Source: Piromyces finnis finn
Taxonomy: Eukaryota > Fungi > Neocallimastigomycota
Reading direction: 5' to 3'
Assembly (NCBI GenBank): GCA_002104945.1
Contig: MCFH01000125.1
Span: 1-35,039, forward strand
DNA length: 35,039 nucleotides
The translations under genes were made by a program, and so were the position numbers. Each line of letters opens with the position of its first letter. Position 1 is the stretch's first letter. This document shows, piece after piece, positions 21,601 through 29,991 of this stretch. The notes under the pieces were generated by a model, which saw nothing but the letters and a program-made list of their open reading frames with translations, was not told where the DNA came from and made no database searches.

Positions 21601-22656
21601 ATGATTCTTATATTTTAAGGAAATAGGAAGAGTTTTACTTAAAATAGGTTGCATTCCTCCAATTCCAGAAATTCTTGGGGGGATGGAACTGGAATCAAAT
21701 GGAATGTTGTTTTCCTTAGCAAAATAAACATCCATTAAGTTCAATTCAGAACCAGAATCTAAGAGAAGCTTGACAGTGGTAGAAGTTCCGGCGAAGGCTA
21801 GTTCGGTGGTTAGAATCGGTTGTCTTATATTTTGATTATCTGATAATCTTGGTCGAGCAGGTAATTTTGTATTTGAATGGGAAACAAAAGCTGAGCTTGA
21901 GGGTGCTTTATTCTTCTTATTAGCTAATGGGCAATCTTCTAGTTTATGTTGAGCGGATCCACAATATAAACAAAGATTTTCTTTTCTTCTACGTTCCTTT
22001 TCTTCTTTTGTGAGTGGACCTCGGTGTTTAATAAAAGGTTTAGATTGTTTCGTATTATTAGATGATGAGCTTTTACTAGAAGAATTTTTTCCATTACCAA
22101 ACAATTGTCTATGAGCGGATATTCTTGAGTCAATTCTAGTAGCGATAGTCTGCATTGAAGATAGTGTTTTCGGTCCAGGGAACATTTCAAGAATTCTACT
22201 AGCTATTGGGTCTTGAAGGCCTTCCAGAAAAGCATCCATCTTTGCATCCTCATTCCATGTAGATTCGTCCGCATACTTATTAAATTCTAGGATATAATTT
22301 TGTATATTACCTAGACGTCTTTGTTTTATTGTCCTGAGTTTCCTATTGGATACGAAAGCTGAATCAGAAGAACCGTACATTGCTTTTAGCTTTCCAACAA
22401 AGGCTTCGTAGTCATATAAACATGGGTCATTGTTTTTTATCAGAGAAACAATCCAATTCATTGCATCCCCGTACATTCTAGATATCAAATATACGACTTT
22501 ATCTGTATCACTGACATAACGGTCTGGATAGAGCATAAATATAAGTTCCATCTTAGCAATGAATCCTTTGAAAAATCGACGGTCTCCTGCAAAACCATCT
22601 TTCAAAGTTGCATTATCTAAGTTACTATTATTCGTATTTAAGAATTCGTGTTCCAT
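18685..22656 (-). CDS. gag-pol: Element C Gag-Pol polyprotein, 1323 aa, no chromodomain, RT motif YIYD
   Basis: Single ORF with knuckle CLYCGSAQHKLEDC, LLDSGS, RT, ETDSS RNase H and HHCC/DDE integrase. It ends IHVSDLEPY*. Confidence 0.97.
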   Translation of the reverse strand: MEHEFLNTNNSNLDNATLKDGFAGDRRFFKGFIAKMELIFMLYPDRYVSDTDKVVYLISRMYGDAMNWIVSLIKNNDPCLYDYEAFVGKLKAMYGSSDSAFVSNRKLRTIKQRRLGNIQNYILEFNKYADESTWNEDAKMDAFLEGLQDPIASRILEMFPGPKTLSSMQTIATRIDSRISAHRQLFGNGKNSSSKSSSSNNTKQSKPFIKHRGPLTKEEKERRRKENLCLYCGSAQHKLEDCPLANKKNKAPSSSAFVSHSNTKLPARPRLSDNQNIRQPILTTELAFAGTSTTVKLLLDSGSELNLMDVYFAKENNIPFDSSSIPPRISGIGGMQPILSKTLPISLKYKNHQCQTEFYVLDLPSYCGILGINWLSTHNPTIDFANKEISFKSNYCLSHCIVIPSSFTTHIIESESPNELNSEEKIMEMLPSKLRSFKDVFDEKSANTLPPHRQYDCEINLKPGSQLFYGPIYPLTEKESTALKEYIDDNLSKGFIRKSKSPAGAPVLFVPKKNGDLRMCVDYRRLNEITIRDSYPLPLINEMLEQLGKGNIFSKLDLRSAYNLVRIKSGDEYKTAFNCKFGHFEYLVMPFGLKNAPAVFQHFINDVLDGILGEFAFSYIYDILIFSENEIMHLKHVDEVLTRLRKAGLYAKIEKCQFFVPFLDFLGHRIAHNGIYMDPSKVSSILEWPVPSNTKELQSFLGLVNYYRRFIPNFAKRSQPLTLFLKKGIKFEWTKESQEAFEDIKKTFSSAPILAYPNRKLPFLVETDSSNFAIGAILSQNSLSDNKVHPIAFFSRSLTAAEKNYPIYDKELLAIVDSLEHWRHLLKGTSISFTIFSDHRNLLYQKKPEKMTQRHVRWSLFLAEFNFNIRYRSGSNNGKPDALSRRPDYASAPDNMEPNSIPLSVLRPENFCAPASVIYSLYENILSELKNDKFYQNICYYLESKNPPVPHPSIDKFSLSNSFLLFNNKVYVPKNCRPTILNICHDSPSAGHFGIKKTIALVNRDFWWSSLIPDVKEYVRSCEICCRSKDSRHKPYKPYGFLQPLEIANKLWSSISMDFVTDLPPSNGFSCIFVVVDRLTKMSHFVPFPKVPSALDTASAFMSNIFRLHGLPEEIISDRGTQFTSKFWNAICKSFNIDLKLSSPFHHQTNGLTERVNSVVEQYLRCYSNLKGSNWYKYLHLAEFSYNNSIQESLRYSPFFANYGYNPKHSPHIPSHSDVPRAEEFIKDFDELTKQLKENLKEAINKQKKYYDNNRKNPPELKVGDKVWINSNLIIRNGNKKLKPRKLGPFKILKKVSPISYKLELPDELRIYPIIHVSDLEPY

Positions 22657-22732
22657 AATTATTTTTTTTTAGGAAATATGCAAGAGAAGAAGAAATCGGA
22701 AATTAGAGAAGCTTAAGGGAGTCCAAAGTCCA

Positions 22733-22810
22733 AAAGAGAGTCCTAAAGAGAGTTCTAAAGAGAGTTCTAAAATGAGTCTAAAAAAAAATCCTAAAGATAG
22801 TCCAAAAGAT
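22733..22810. repeat. Degenerate ~12-bp tandem repeat in the C 5' UTR
   Basis: AAAGAGAGTCCT / AAAGAGAGTTCT / AAAGAGAGTTCT / AAAATGAGTCT... units. Confidence 0.7.
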
Positions 22811-23020
22811 AACAGATTCGAAGAGTTGAGTATTTTTCAAAAGAGTTTGATGGTAGGGAGAATTCAGAATATCTTAATAGATTTCAAAAAAAAATTTAAT
22901 ATAATCCCAGTAGGTTTCAGTATAGTTTACTGTAGTTCAAAAGATTTCGAAGGAGTTTATCAGCAATAAGTAAATTTTAATATGCTTTGATATACAAGGG
23001 TATTGTGTATATTTCTTAGG

Positions 23021-23030
23021 GTGTTTTTAT
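23021..23030 (-). promoter_or_regulatory. Self-priming-type PBS of C (ATAAAAACAC)
   Basis: Abuts the 5' LTR. Its complement lies at 23231-23240, about 35 nt downstream of TATAAAA on the minus strand (23273-23279). Confidence 0.8.
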
Positions 23031-23544
23031 TGTAATGTTTCTATAAAAATAATATATTTATATAGAAACGTTTCTGTACACAATAGGCGAGTATATCCAC
23101 TTAAGTAATATGTTTTTTTAATATATTAATAAAAATATTTTATTTTATTTTATTTTTAAGTTTCTTTATTTAATTTATAAAATAATATTTTATAATTTTG
23201 TGTAAATTACTTATTTTTTATTATTAATTAATAAAAACACAAAAAATAATTTTTTTTGTAAATTTTCTTTCCTTTTATACTTTTCCAAAATTAATTAAAA
23301 TTTAGGTTTCGGAAAGATAATAGTATTAATTAGTAATTAAATTTTAATTTCCGATATTTGATTGGTCTCGGCTAATTTCAATAAAATTTAAAATAAATTT
23401 ATCGGAATATCTATTTAAAAAATTTTTAAAATCAATAAATAAAATTATTATTTTAAATTTGGTAAAGTTATGTGTCGAACCCACGACATCTATCGTGATT
23501 AATTTCGACGTTTACCAATATACCAATATTACTAATTTCATTAT
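23031..23544 (-). repeat. Element C 5' LTR, truncated by insertion of D
   Basis: Matches 18057-18571, then switches abruptly to the TGTAAG of LTR D. Confidence 0.95.
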
Positions 23545-24039
23545 TGTAAGAAATATTTGTGGCCATAAGTTTGCCCACAAATATTTCAATTGAAACCATA
23601 TATTCTGGTCATCATTTATTGGCCAAATATATGTATAACCATATATTAATGGTTATTAATTAAATAGGAAGTTTATTTGCTTTACCCAATCAAGTGGTAA
23701 AGAAAATAAACTCATATAGTTAAATAGTATAGTCAAAACTAACGTTAAATACTTTAGCGTTAGTATTAAAGTAAATTAGTAACTATAATAATAATTAATG
23801 TAGATAATTATAATTAATAAATAAAAGATATAATTAAAATATAATTATTTAAGTAAAAGTTATTTCATAAAATATTTATATAAGTGTTTATATTTATTTT
23901 AGTGTTATAATATTTATTTTCTTTCTTTTATTATTTTTTATAAAACTTTATTTAGTTATTAACTCGTATAGAGAGGTAATAACTAACTTAATTAACTAAT
24001 TAGTAACTTATTAACTAATAATATAAAAAACCTTTTACA
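23545..24039 (+). repeat. Element D 5' LTR (495 bp)
   Basis: Near-identical to the solo LTR at 2092-2586. Confidence 0.95.
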
Positions 24040-24050
24040 ATACTAACGCT
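24040..24050 (+). promoter_or_regulatory. Self-priming-type PBS of D (ATACTAACGCT)
   Basis: Perfect complement AGCGTTAGTAT at 23756-23766 (also at 2303-2313 in the solo LTR). Confidence 0.9.
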
Positions 24051-24339
24051 TTATAGTTAGTTCTTACGTTAGCTTAGTTTTAATTAGGTTAGTTTTATTA
24101 AAGTTCTTAAAAAACATATTTTATTTTATTTAAATTATTGTTTAATAATAATCATTTACAATATTTTATATAATATTCAAATATTATATTTAAAAGAAGT
24201 AAATTTATTATTAAAAATAATTATTTTTTAATAGTTTAGTAATAAAAAGTTCATTATTTTAAAATTTAAAATTCACTATAATCATATTTTATATAATAAA
24301 TTCTTTAATTTATTGAAAGAATTTATTTTAGAGTTAGAA

Positions 24340-26490
24340 ATGAAAAATACAGGTAAGTCGCCTAACCCTCGAGGTGTCCATAAATTGGACACAAAAACAT
24401 CATTCGTAAGGGACGGGACCCGTCCTGACGCGGCGAGCGCGGATGGCATGGATGGTGTAGAGGGAATGTCACGGGTTCGAACCCCGGTGCTTCTCGAAAG
24501 CACTGAGGTCGAATCTAATCAGAATTTACAGGTTCAACAGGGGGATTCTATGCCCGCCCCTGTTGATCCTTCTTTCTTTTTTACTAATAATAGTGAGGTA
24601 AACCCAATGCAGCACATTGAAGTTCTTCTTAATAGATATGTTTCGGAAATATCTAGCCAGTTTGCTAGTATGGGAAACCGTCTGGGTGCTATGGAAGAAC
24701 AACTTCGGGGTATTGAGGTTTACAAGAGCGAGATAAACGATGCTCTTCAGCAAAAATTTGTTGAAGTGGATCAAAGGTTGGAAGCAAATGAGTCAGCTAG
24801 CCAAGTTAGCTTGGAAGAGCTGCATGCTGTGGAAAATGCCTTTACTGCAGAACATGAGGAAAGGTTACAAGACCACCAGCAAGTGCTAAACAACCAAGAA
24901 ACGTTGTACCGCCAATCTAGTGCCTTTGTCTCTTATAAAAAAGAGCTTGAAGAAGAGATGGCCAGATTGAGGGAACAACGAAACGCTCTAGAAGAAAGAG
25001 AAAAATTGTTCGAGGCTAAAGTCGAAGCCATGAACAGAAGAGCTGAAGCCAGAGCTCATGAAAGAACATCCTATCAAACCGGTGGTATGGGTAATCCTCA
25101 TGGTGCTGGAACTAGTAGTAGCACCAACCCTACGGAATACTCCGAGGATGGGGACGTGAAGATGTTCGACTGGCGAGTACATAGGTATGAAGAAAAAGTG
25201 CCTATGTTTGATAATAATGGGATAGACTTAGAGGGTTTTCAAGAGAAATGCTTACGTCATTTCAAACGTTACCCATATGACTATGGTAACGACGAAAAGG
25301 CAAAGGTTAGCTTCATTGAAGATCATCTAGGTGGGAAAGTATTGAGATGGTATAGACTCAGAGAGAGGATGTTGCAGCGTAGGAATCCTGATGCTGAAAG
25401 ACTATTCCTCCACCTTCAAGATAAGTTTCCACCAGAGTCTCCCCATGAACTCTGCAAGTCAAAGTTGCTTAAGCTCACACATGAGTGGGGAAAAGCATAC
25501 GATTACTTGGAAGAGTTCAATGAATTGACGGAAACACTTGGGCTCCCTGAAAATGTTAGGAGACAGGTGTTAATACAACAGGTCAGGCCTTCTGTCAGGG
25601 AAGCGTTCTATGATATCCCTGAACAGGAACGTACGCTGGAAACATTAAGTGAAGTCTTGTTAAAGTGCGATGATCACCAAGCAGTCTTCCGTAATGAAAC
25701 CATAGAAAAGTACGACAAAAGAGACCGCCAGACCACTATTATGGCCTTGTTGGACATTACAGACCCATGTAGACCATCTAGATGGGCTGAGTTGAAGCAG
25801 AAGAACAACAAGCCAAATAATAAGCCTAAAGTTGAGCAGACCAACACTCAGGCTTACGCAAAAAACAATAACGGTACTAAAGAACGTCGTGAATCCTTAA
25901 ATAAGTCAAGCTTTAGAAGAAGTTCTAGCTTCCAACCAAGGCAAGGACCTTCTAGTATGGGAAATAACCCATTACCTAAGGCTATGGCAAGTCAAACGAC
26001 GGTCAATAACAGTTACTACAGTCAGAACCAACTAGTAGCTGAAATAAATGCAAGAAGCAACCCTCGAGATATAAAAAGGGTGGAAGTCTTGTATGATACT
26101 GGTTCCACTACAAACCTCATTCACCCAAATTTGGCAAAGAAGCTCGGGTTAAAAGTAGTGGACAAACCAGCCATATTCAGAACTGTGAATGGAGATATCG
26201 AGTTAAAGCAGTTCTCAGATGACTTGCAGTTGAAGTTATGGTTAACTCCATCTGGCGAACAAGAAGCTAAACCATACTGCTTCAACACAAGTTGTCACCT
26301 ATCCGACAACATGCCGGAGATGATCATTGTGGGACTGGGCTTCATGGATGAGCACTTTATCTACAGAGGTTATGATAAAGATGCACAAGTGAGGTACTTC
26401 GTAGTAGATAATGATAAAGATAAAGGACATACCAACGGTTATGGTGTAAATGGTGGCGATATCTACTACTGTACTCAATTAAGTCCATAA
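24340..26490 (+). CDS. gag: Element D Gag-protease with a long Glu/Gln-rich N-terminal extension and no CCHC knuckle
   Basis: The 725-aa ORF track starts at TTG 24313; first ATG is at 24340. Contains the capsid-like segment VPMFDNNGIDLEGF...KVSFIEDHL and protease VLYDTGS. Confidence 0.85.
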   Translation: MKNTGKSPNPRGVHKLDTKTSFVRDGTRPDAASADGMDGVEGMSRVRTPVLLESTEVESNQNLQVQQGDSMPAPVDPSFFFTNNSEVNPMQHIEVLLNRYVSEISSQFASMGNRLGAMEEQLRGIEVYKSEINDALQQKFVEVDQRLEANESASQVSLEELHAVENAFTAEHEERLQDHQQVLNNQETLYRQSSAFVSYKKELEEEMARLREQRNALEEREKLFEAKVEAMNRRAEARAHERTSYQTGGMGNPHGAGTSSSTNPTEYSEDGDVKMFDWRVHRYEEKVPMFDNNGIDLEGFQEKCLRHFKRYPYDYGNDEKAKVSFIEDHLGGKVLRWYRLRERMLQRRNPDAERLFLHLQDKFPPESPHELCKSKLLKLTHEWGKAYDYLEEFNELTETLGLPENVRRQVLIQQVRPSVREAFYDIPEQERTLETLSEVLLKCDDHQAVFRNETIEKYDKRDRQTTIMALLDITDPCRPSRWAELKQKNNKPNNKPKVEQTNTQAYAKNNNGTKERRESLNKSSFRRSSSFQPRQGPSSMGNNPLPKAMASQTTVNNSYYSQNQLVAEINARSNPRDIKRVEVLYDTGSTTNLIHPNLAKKLGLKVVDKPAIFRTVNGDIELKQFSDDLQLKLWLTPSGEQEAKPYCFNTSCHLSDNMPEMIIVGLGFMDEHFIYRGYDKDAQVRYFVVDNDKDKGHTNGYGVNGGDIYYCTQLSP

Positions 26491-29341
26491 CTACAGTTAC
26501 TAATGCAAAAGCAAGAAGGCCTCTGGTAACTGTAACTGCGGAAAACATAGAAGCCGAAATCGTGGGTAATGGTAGCCACAAGGCTACAAAGGAAACCAGA
26601 AACGGAAGTTCCGGAGGGTTGGCATCGAGTTCCAACTTAGAGAAAAATCCCGTTTCAGTAGGGTTGGTACAGAGTGTTGACTTAGAGAAAAAATGTGATT
26701 CCGGAGGGTTGACATTTGAATCCAACTTAGAGAAAACTTGTGTTTCAGTAGGGTTGGTACAAGAGTCGAACTTAGAGAAAAATCACATTTACGTAGGGTT
26801 GGTACAGGAAGAAAACTTAAACGAAAATCAACCCACACCTGAAGAAATCGTGGAGAAGTACTACCACAATTTCAAAGAAGCATTTAATGAAGAGATAGCT
26901 AACCAGCTACCAGAACACCGTCCTTACGACTGTAAGATCGATCTGGAGCCGGATGCTAGTCTCCATAAAGGGCCTATATATCCCTTCAATCCAGAAGAGG
27001 AAAAAGCATTGAAGGAATATATAGAGGAAAACCTGGCAAAGGGCTTCATCAGGAAGTCAGAGAGTCCTGCAGGTTATCCTGTGTTATTCGTGCCCAAAAA
27101 GAGTGGTGAAAGACGATTATGTACTGATTATAGGCGTCTTAATAAGGTAACAGTGCGTAACTCCTTCCCCTTACCACTCATCAGTCAAGTGTTCGAGGCT
27201 ATGAAAGGCGCGACTATCTTCTCCAAGTTGGATTTGAAGTCTGCCTACAACCTCGTGCGTATTCGTGAAGGTGACGAATACAAGACGGCATTCTCAACCA
27301 AGTTTGGGCATTATGAATATCTAGTGATGCCATTTGGGTTGACTAATGCTCCTGCCACGTTCCAAGGGTTCATTAATACGGTGCTGGCAGAAGAAATCAA
27401 TGACTGCTGTCAAGTGTACTTGGATGATATCATCATCTACTCCAAGTCACTTGAAGAGCATGTAGGGCATGTAAAAAGAGTCCTACAAAAGCTAATAGAT
27501 AATCGTCTAGTAGCTAAATTAGCGAAGTGTGAGTTCCACAAGGAAGAACTTGCATTCCTGGGTCATGTAGTTGGAAAATATGGTATTAAAACCGACCCAG
27601 AGAAGTTAAAAGCTGTAGCAAGTTGGCCACAACCAACCAATATCAAAGAACTACAGTCATTCCTCGGATTCTGCAACTATTATAGGAAGTTTATAAAGGA
27701 CTTCTCTAAGATAGCAAGGCCGTTATATGCTATGACGTCCAAAAAGGTACAGTTCCTGTGGAATGAAGAACGCATCCAGGCGTTCGAGAAGTTAAAAGAA
27801 ATGCTGTTGTCTCCACCAGTATTAGCATATCCTGACCATGACCGTCAGTTCATAGTGGAGTGCGACGCTAGTAACTACGCGGTGGGTGGTGTACTATCAC
27901 AACTAGGCAATGACAATGAACTACACCCTGTGTATTACTATTCCAAGAAGCTTACGAAAGCAGAAATCAACTACTCCATCACGGAAAAGGAGTTATTGGC
28001 TATTAGGAATGCTTTCATCGAGTGGCGACACCTGTTGATGGGTGCGAAACATAAGGTCCTAGTATATAGTGACCATAGGAATCTCCTGTTCGCCACAAAA
28101 CCACAGTTGTTGACAGCAAGACAGGCAAGATGGCAAGAGCTGTTTGCTGCCTACAACTTCGAAATAATATATCGGCCAGGGAAAATGAATGGTAGAGCCG
28201 ATATCCTATCAAGAATGGTATCTCCAGAACAGGTACAACTGGAGATGGAAAAAGCTAGCCTCCTTCGACCTGAACAGGTAAAAGAATTTCCACCCGTGGA
28301 AGAAGAGTGCTATGCGGTGTTAGAAGTAAGCTTCGTGGGAGAATTGAAACAAGCTTACAACACGGATGAGCTTGCTAGGGAAATTAGAGATGGTCTTGAC
28401 GCAAAAAGAGGCCACAAGCTCATCAAAAAGAAGTGGTTGATGGTTAATGGGTTGATTGTTAGAAAGGATGCACCAGAACGTACATATGTACCAAAGGTGT
28501 TAAGGGAAACAATCATAAAACTTAACCATGATAGTGAAACAGCGGGTCACTTAGGAAAGGATAAGACTTACGACCTGATAGCCAGAAACTATTACTGGCC
28601 AAAAATGAAGGATGACATTGCGGGTTACATTAAAGCTTGTACCATATGTTGTACCCAAAAGGACAACAGACACAAGCCGTACGGTAGCGCTGCTAGGGTA
28701 AAAGTTGCAGACTTACCTTGGCAAGAAGTAGAAATTGACTTCCTGACGGACCTACCTATTAAGGAACGTAGAAAACCAGGTAGTAGTCCCTCAGAACCCC
28801 CAGAAGTCACTAGAAGAGGTTGTATCATGGTTTGTAGCGATAAGTTAACCAAAATGATACACTTAGTGGGATTTAGGAGTATGCCTACTGCTAGAGAAAC
28901 AGCCTTAGCATACTTACAACATGTATTCAAGTTACATGGTTGTCCCAAATCGGTTACTACGGATCGTGGTGTCCAGTTCACTAGTAAGTTGTGGAAGGAC
29001 ATTATGGGGTTCTTTGGCGTAGAAGTAAACCTTGCTACTACTGGCCATCATGAAACAGTTGGTCAGGTAGAACGTAACAACTCCTACGTAAGTATGTACC
29101 TTAGGTGCTTTGTGAAGACCTTTGATGACGACGAATGGTTGAAGTACTTGTACTTAGCTGAGTTCTGTTATAATAATGCAGTGCACAGTTCTACTAAGCA
29201 GTCCCCATTCCTAGCCTTGTATAACTACCAGGTACATATGAATCCTCAAGATTCAGAACTTGTCCACTCCCTTGGCGAAGCTCCTGTATTAGATAGCTTC
29301 GCTCACAACTTAGGTAACTTAAAGCACATGCTGGACATATC
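26424..29341 (+). CDS. pol: Element D RT-RNaseH-integrase, C-terminus cut by E
   Basis: Frame is open from 26424. Contains YLDD, ECDAS, HDSETAGH..C..C, IDF..TDRG..GQVE. Confidence 0.93.
26610..26834 (+). repeat. 5 x 45-bp coding tandem repeat in the PR-RT spacer of D
   Basis: SGGLASSSNLEKNPV / SVGLVQSVDLEKKCD / SGGLTFESNLEKTCV / SVGLVQESNLEKNHI / YVGLVQEENLNENQP. Confidence 0.88.
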
Positions 29342-29750
29342 TGTAAAGAACTAATGTTCAATAAATAAAAACACAAATATATAAAAAGGAAAATAATAAA
29401 AGCAAATAAAAATTTTATTATTGAACACTTAACAAAATTATAACAGGTTAGTGTTTAATAATTTTATTTTTATTATAAAATTTCTTTGTTAATAAAAACT
29501 CGAATTCCAAATAATTTTTTGAGAAATTTCACTCGTATTTATATAAATGTTTTTAAAAGTAAATTTATAAAAATTTTACAACTTAATTTTTTAAGCCAAT
29601 CAGAAATTATCTTCTTTGGTAAAATTTCGTTATAAAATATTTTAATAATTAAAAAAAAGATATTAATGAGGTTTCGAACTCGAGTAGTTCAAACCAAGGT
29701 CTTAGTTACTAACCACTAAGACAGGTTACTAATTTCTATGATTCGTTACA
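29342..29750 (-). repeat. Element E 3' LTR (409 bp; left edge inferred)
   Basis: TGTAA at 29342 and TTACA at 29750, with the PPT adjacent. The same TGTAA/TTACA ends occur in A-D. No second copy is available in the window. Confidence 0.75.
29651..29723 (-). promoter_or_regulatory. tRNA-type A-box, B-box and oligo-T terminator in U3 of the E LTR
   Basis: TGTCTTAGTGG (29723-29713, 1 mismatch), GTTCGAAAC (29679-29671), spacing 44 nt, and T8 at 29658-29651. Confidence 0.65.
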
Positions 29751-29847
29751 TGGTCCTCCTCCAGGATTCGGATACCAGACGAATCAACTAAATTTATTTG
29801 TTACTTTATTATAAAAGAAATAATTGAAACGAGTGAATACATTTTGA

Positions 29848-29888
<41 letters not shown>

Positions 29889-29991
29889 TGAATATTAAAT
29901 TATAAATATATTTTTTCATTTTCTATTTTCTATTTTCTATTCTCTTTTTCTCTTATCAATTACTAATTTTTTTTTAAATTAATAACTATTA

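Larger units (their letters stand above)
18057..23544 (-). mobile_element. Element C: young Ty3/Gypsy element with a single uninterrupted ORF; 5' LTR interrupted by D 14 bp from its end
   Basis: LTRs at 18057-18585 and 23031-23544 (about 1 substitution and 1 homopolymer indel apart by eye), PPT at 18586-18597, PBS at 23021-23030. Confidence 0.96.
23545..29341 (+). mobile_element. Element D: Ty3/Gypsy element, interrupted in its integrase by E
   Basis: 5' LTR 23545-24039, PBS, gag-PR and RT-RH-IN. The sequence switches to LTR E at 29342. Confidence 0.92.

Noticed and set aside
26424-26490. -1 overlap between the D gag-PR and pol ORFs as a programmed frameshift
   Set aside because: No X XXY YYZ heptamer or downstream structure seen. 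One missing A near 26481 restores a single ORF, consistent with indels elsewhere.
29355-29426. 72-bp TGTTCAATAA...TTATTGAACA segment as a MITE
   Set aside because: Better explained as a U5 hairpin inside the E LTR, which begins at TGTAA 29342. No TSD.
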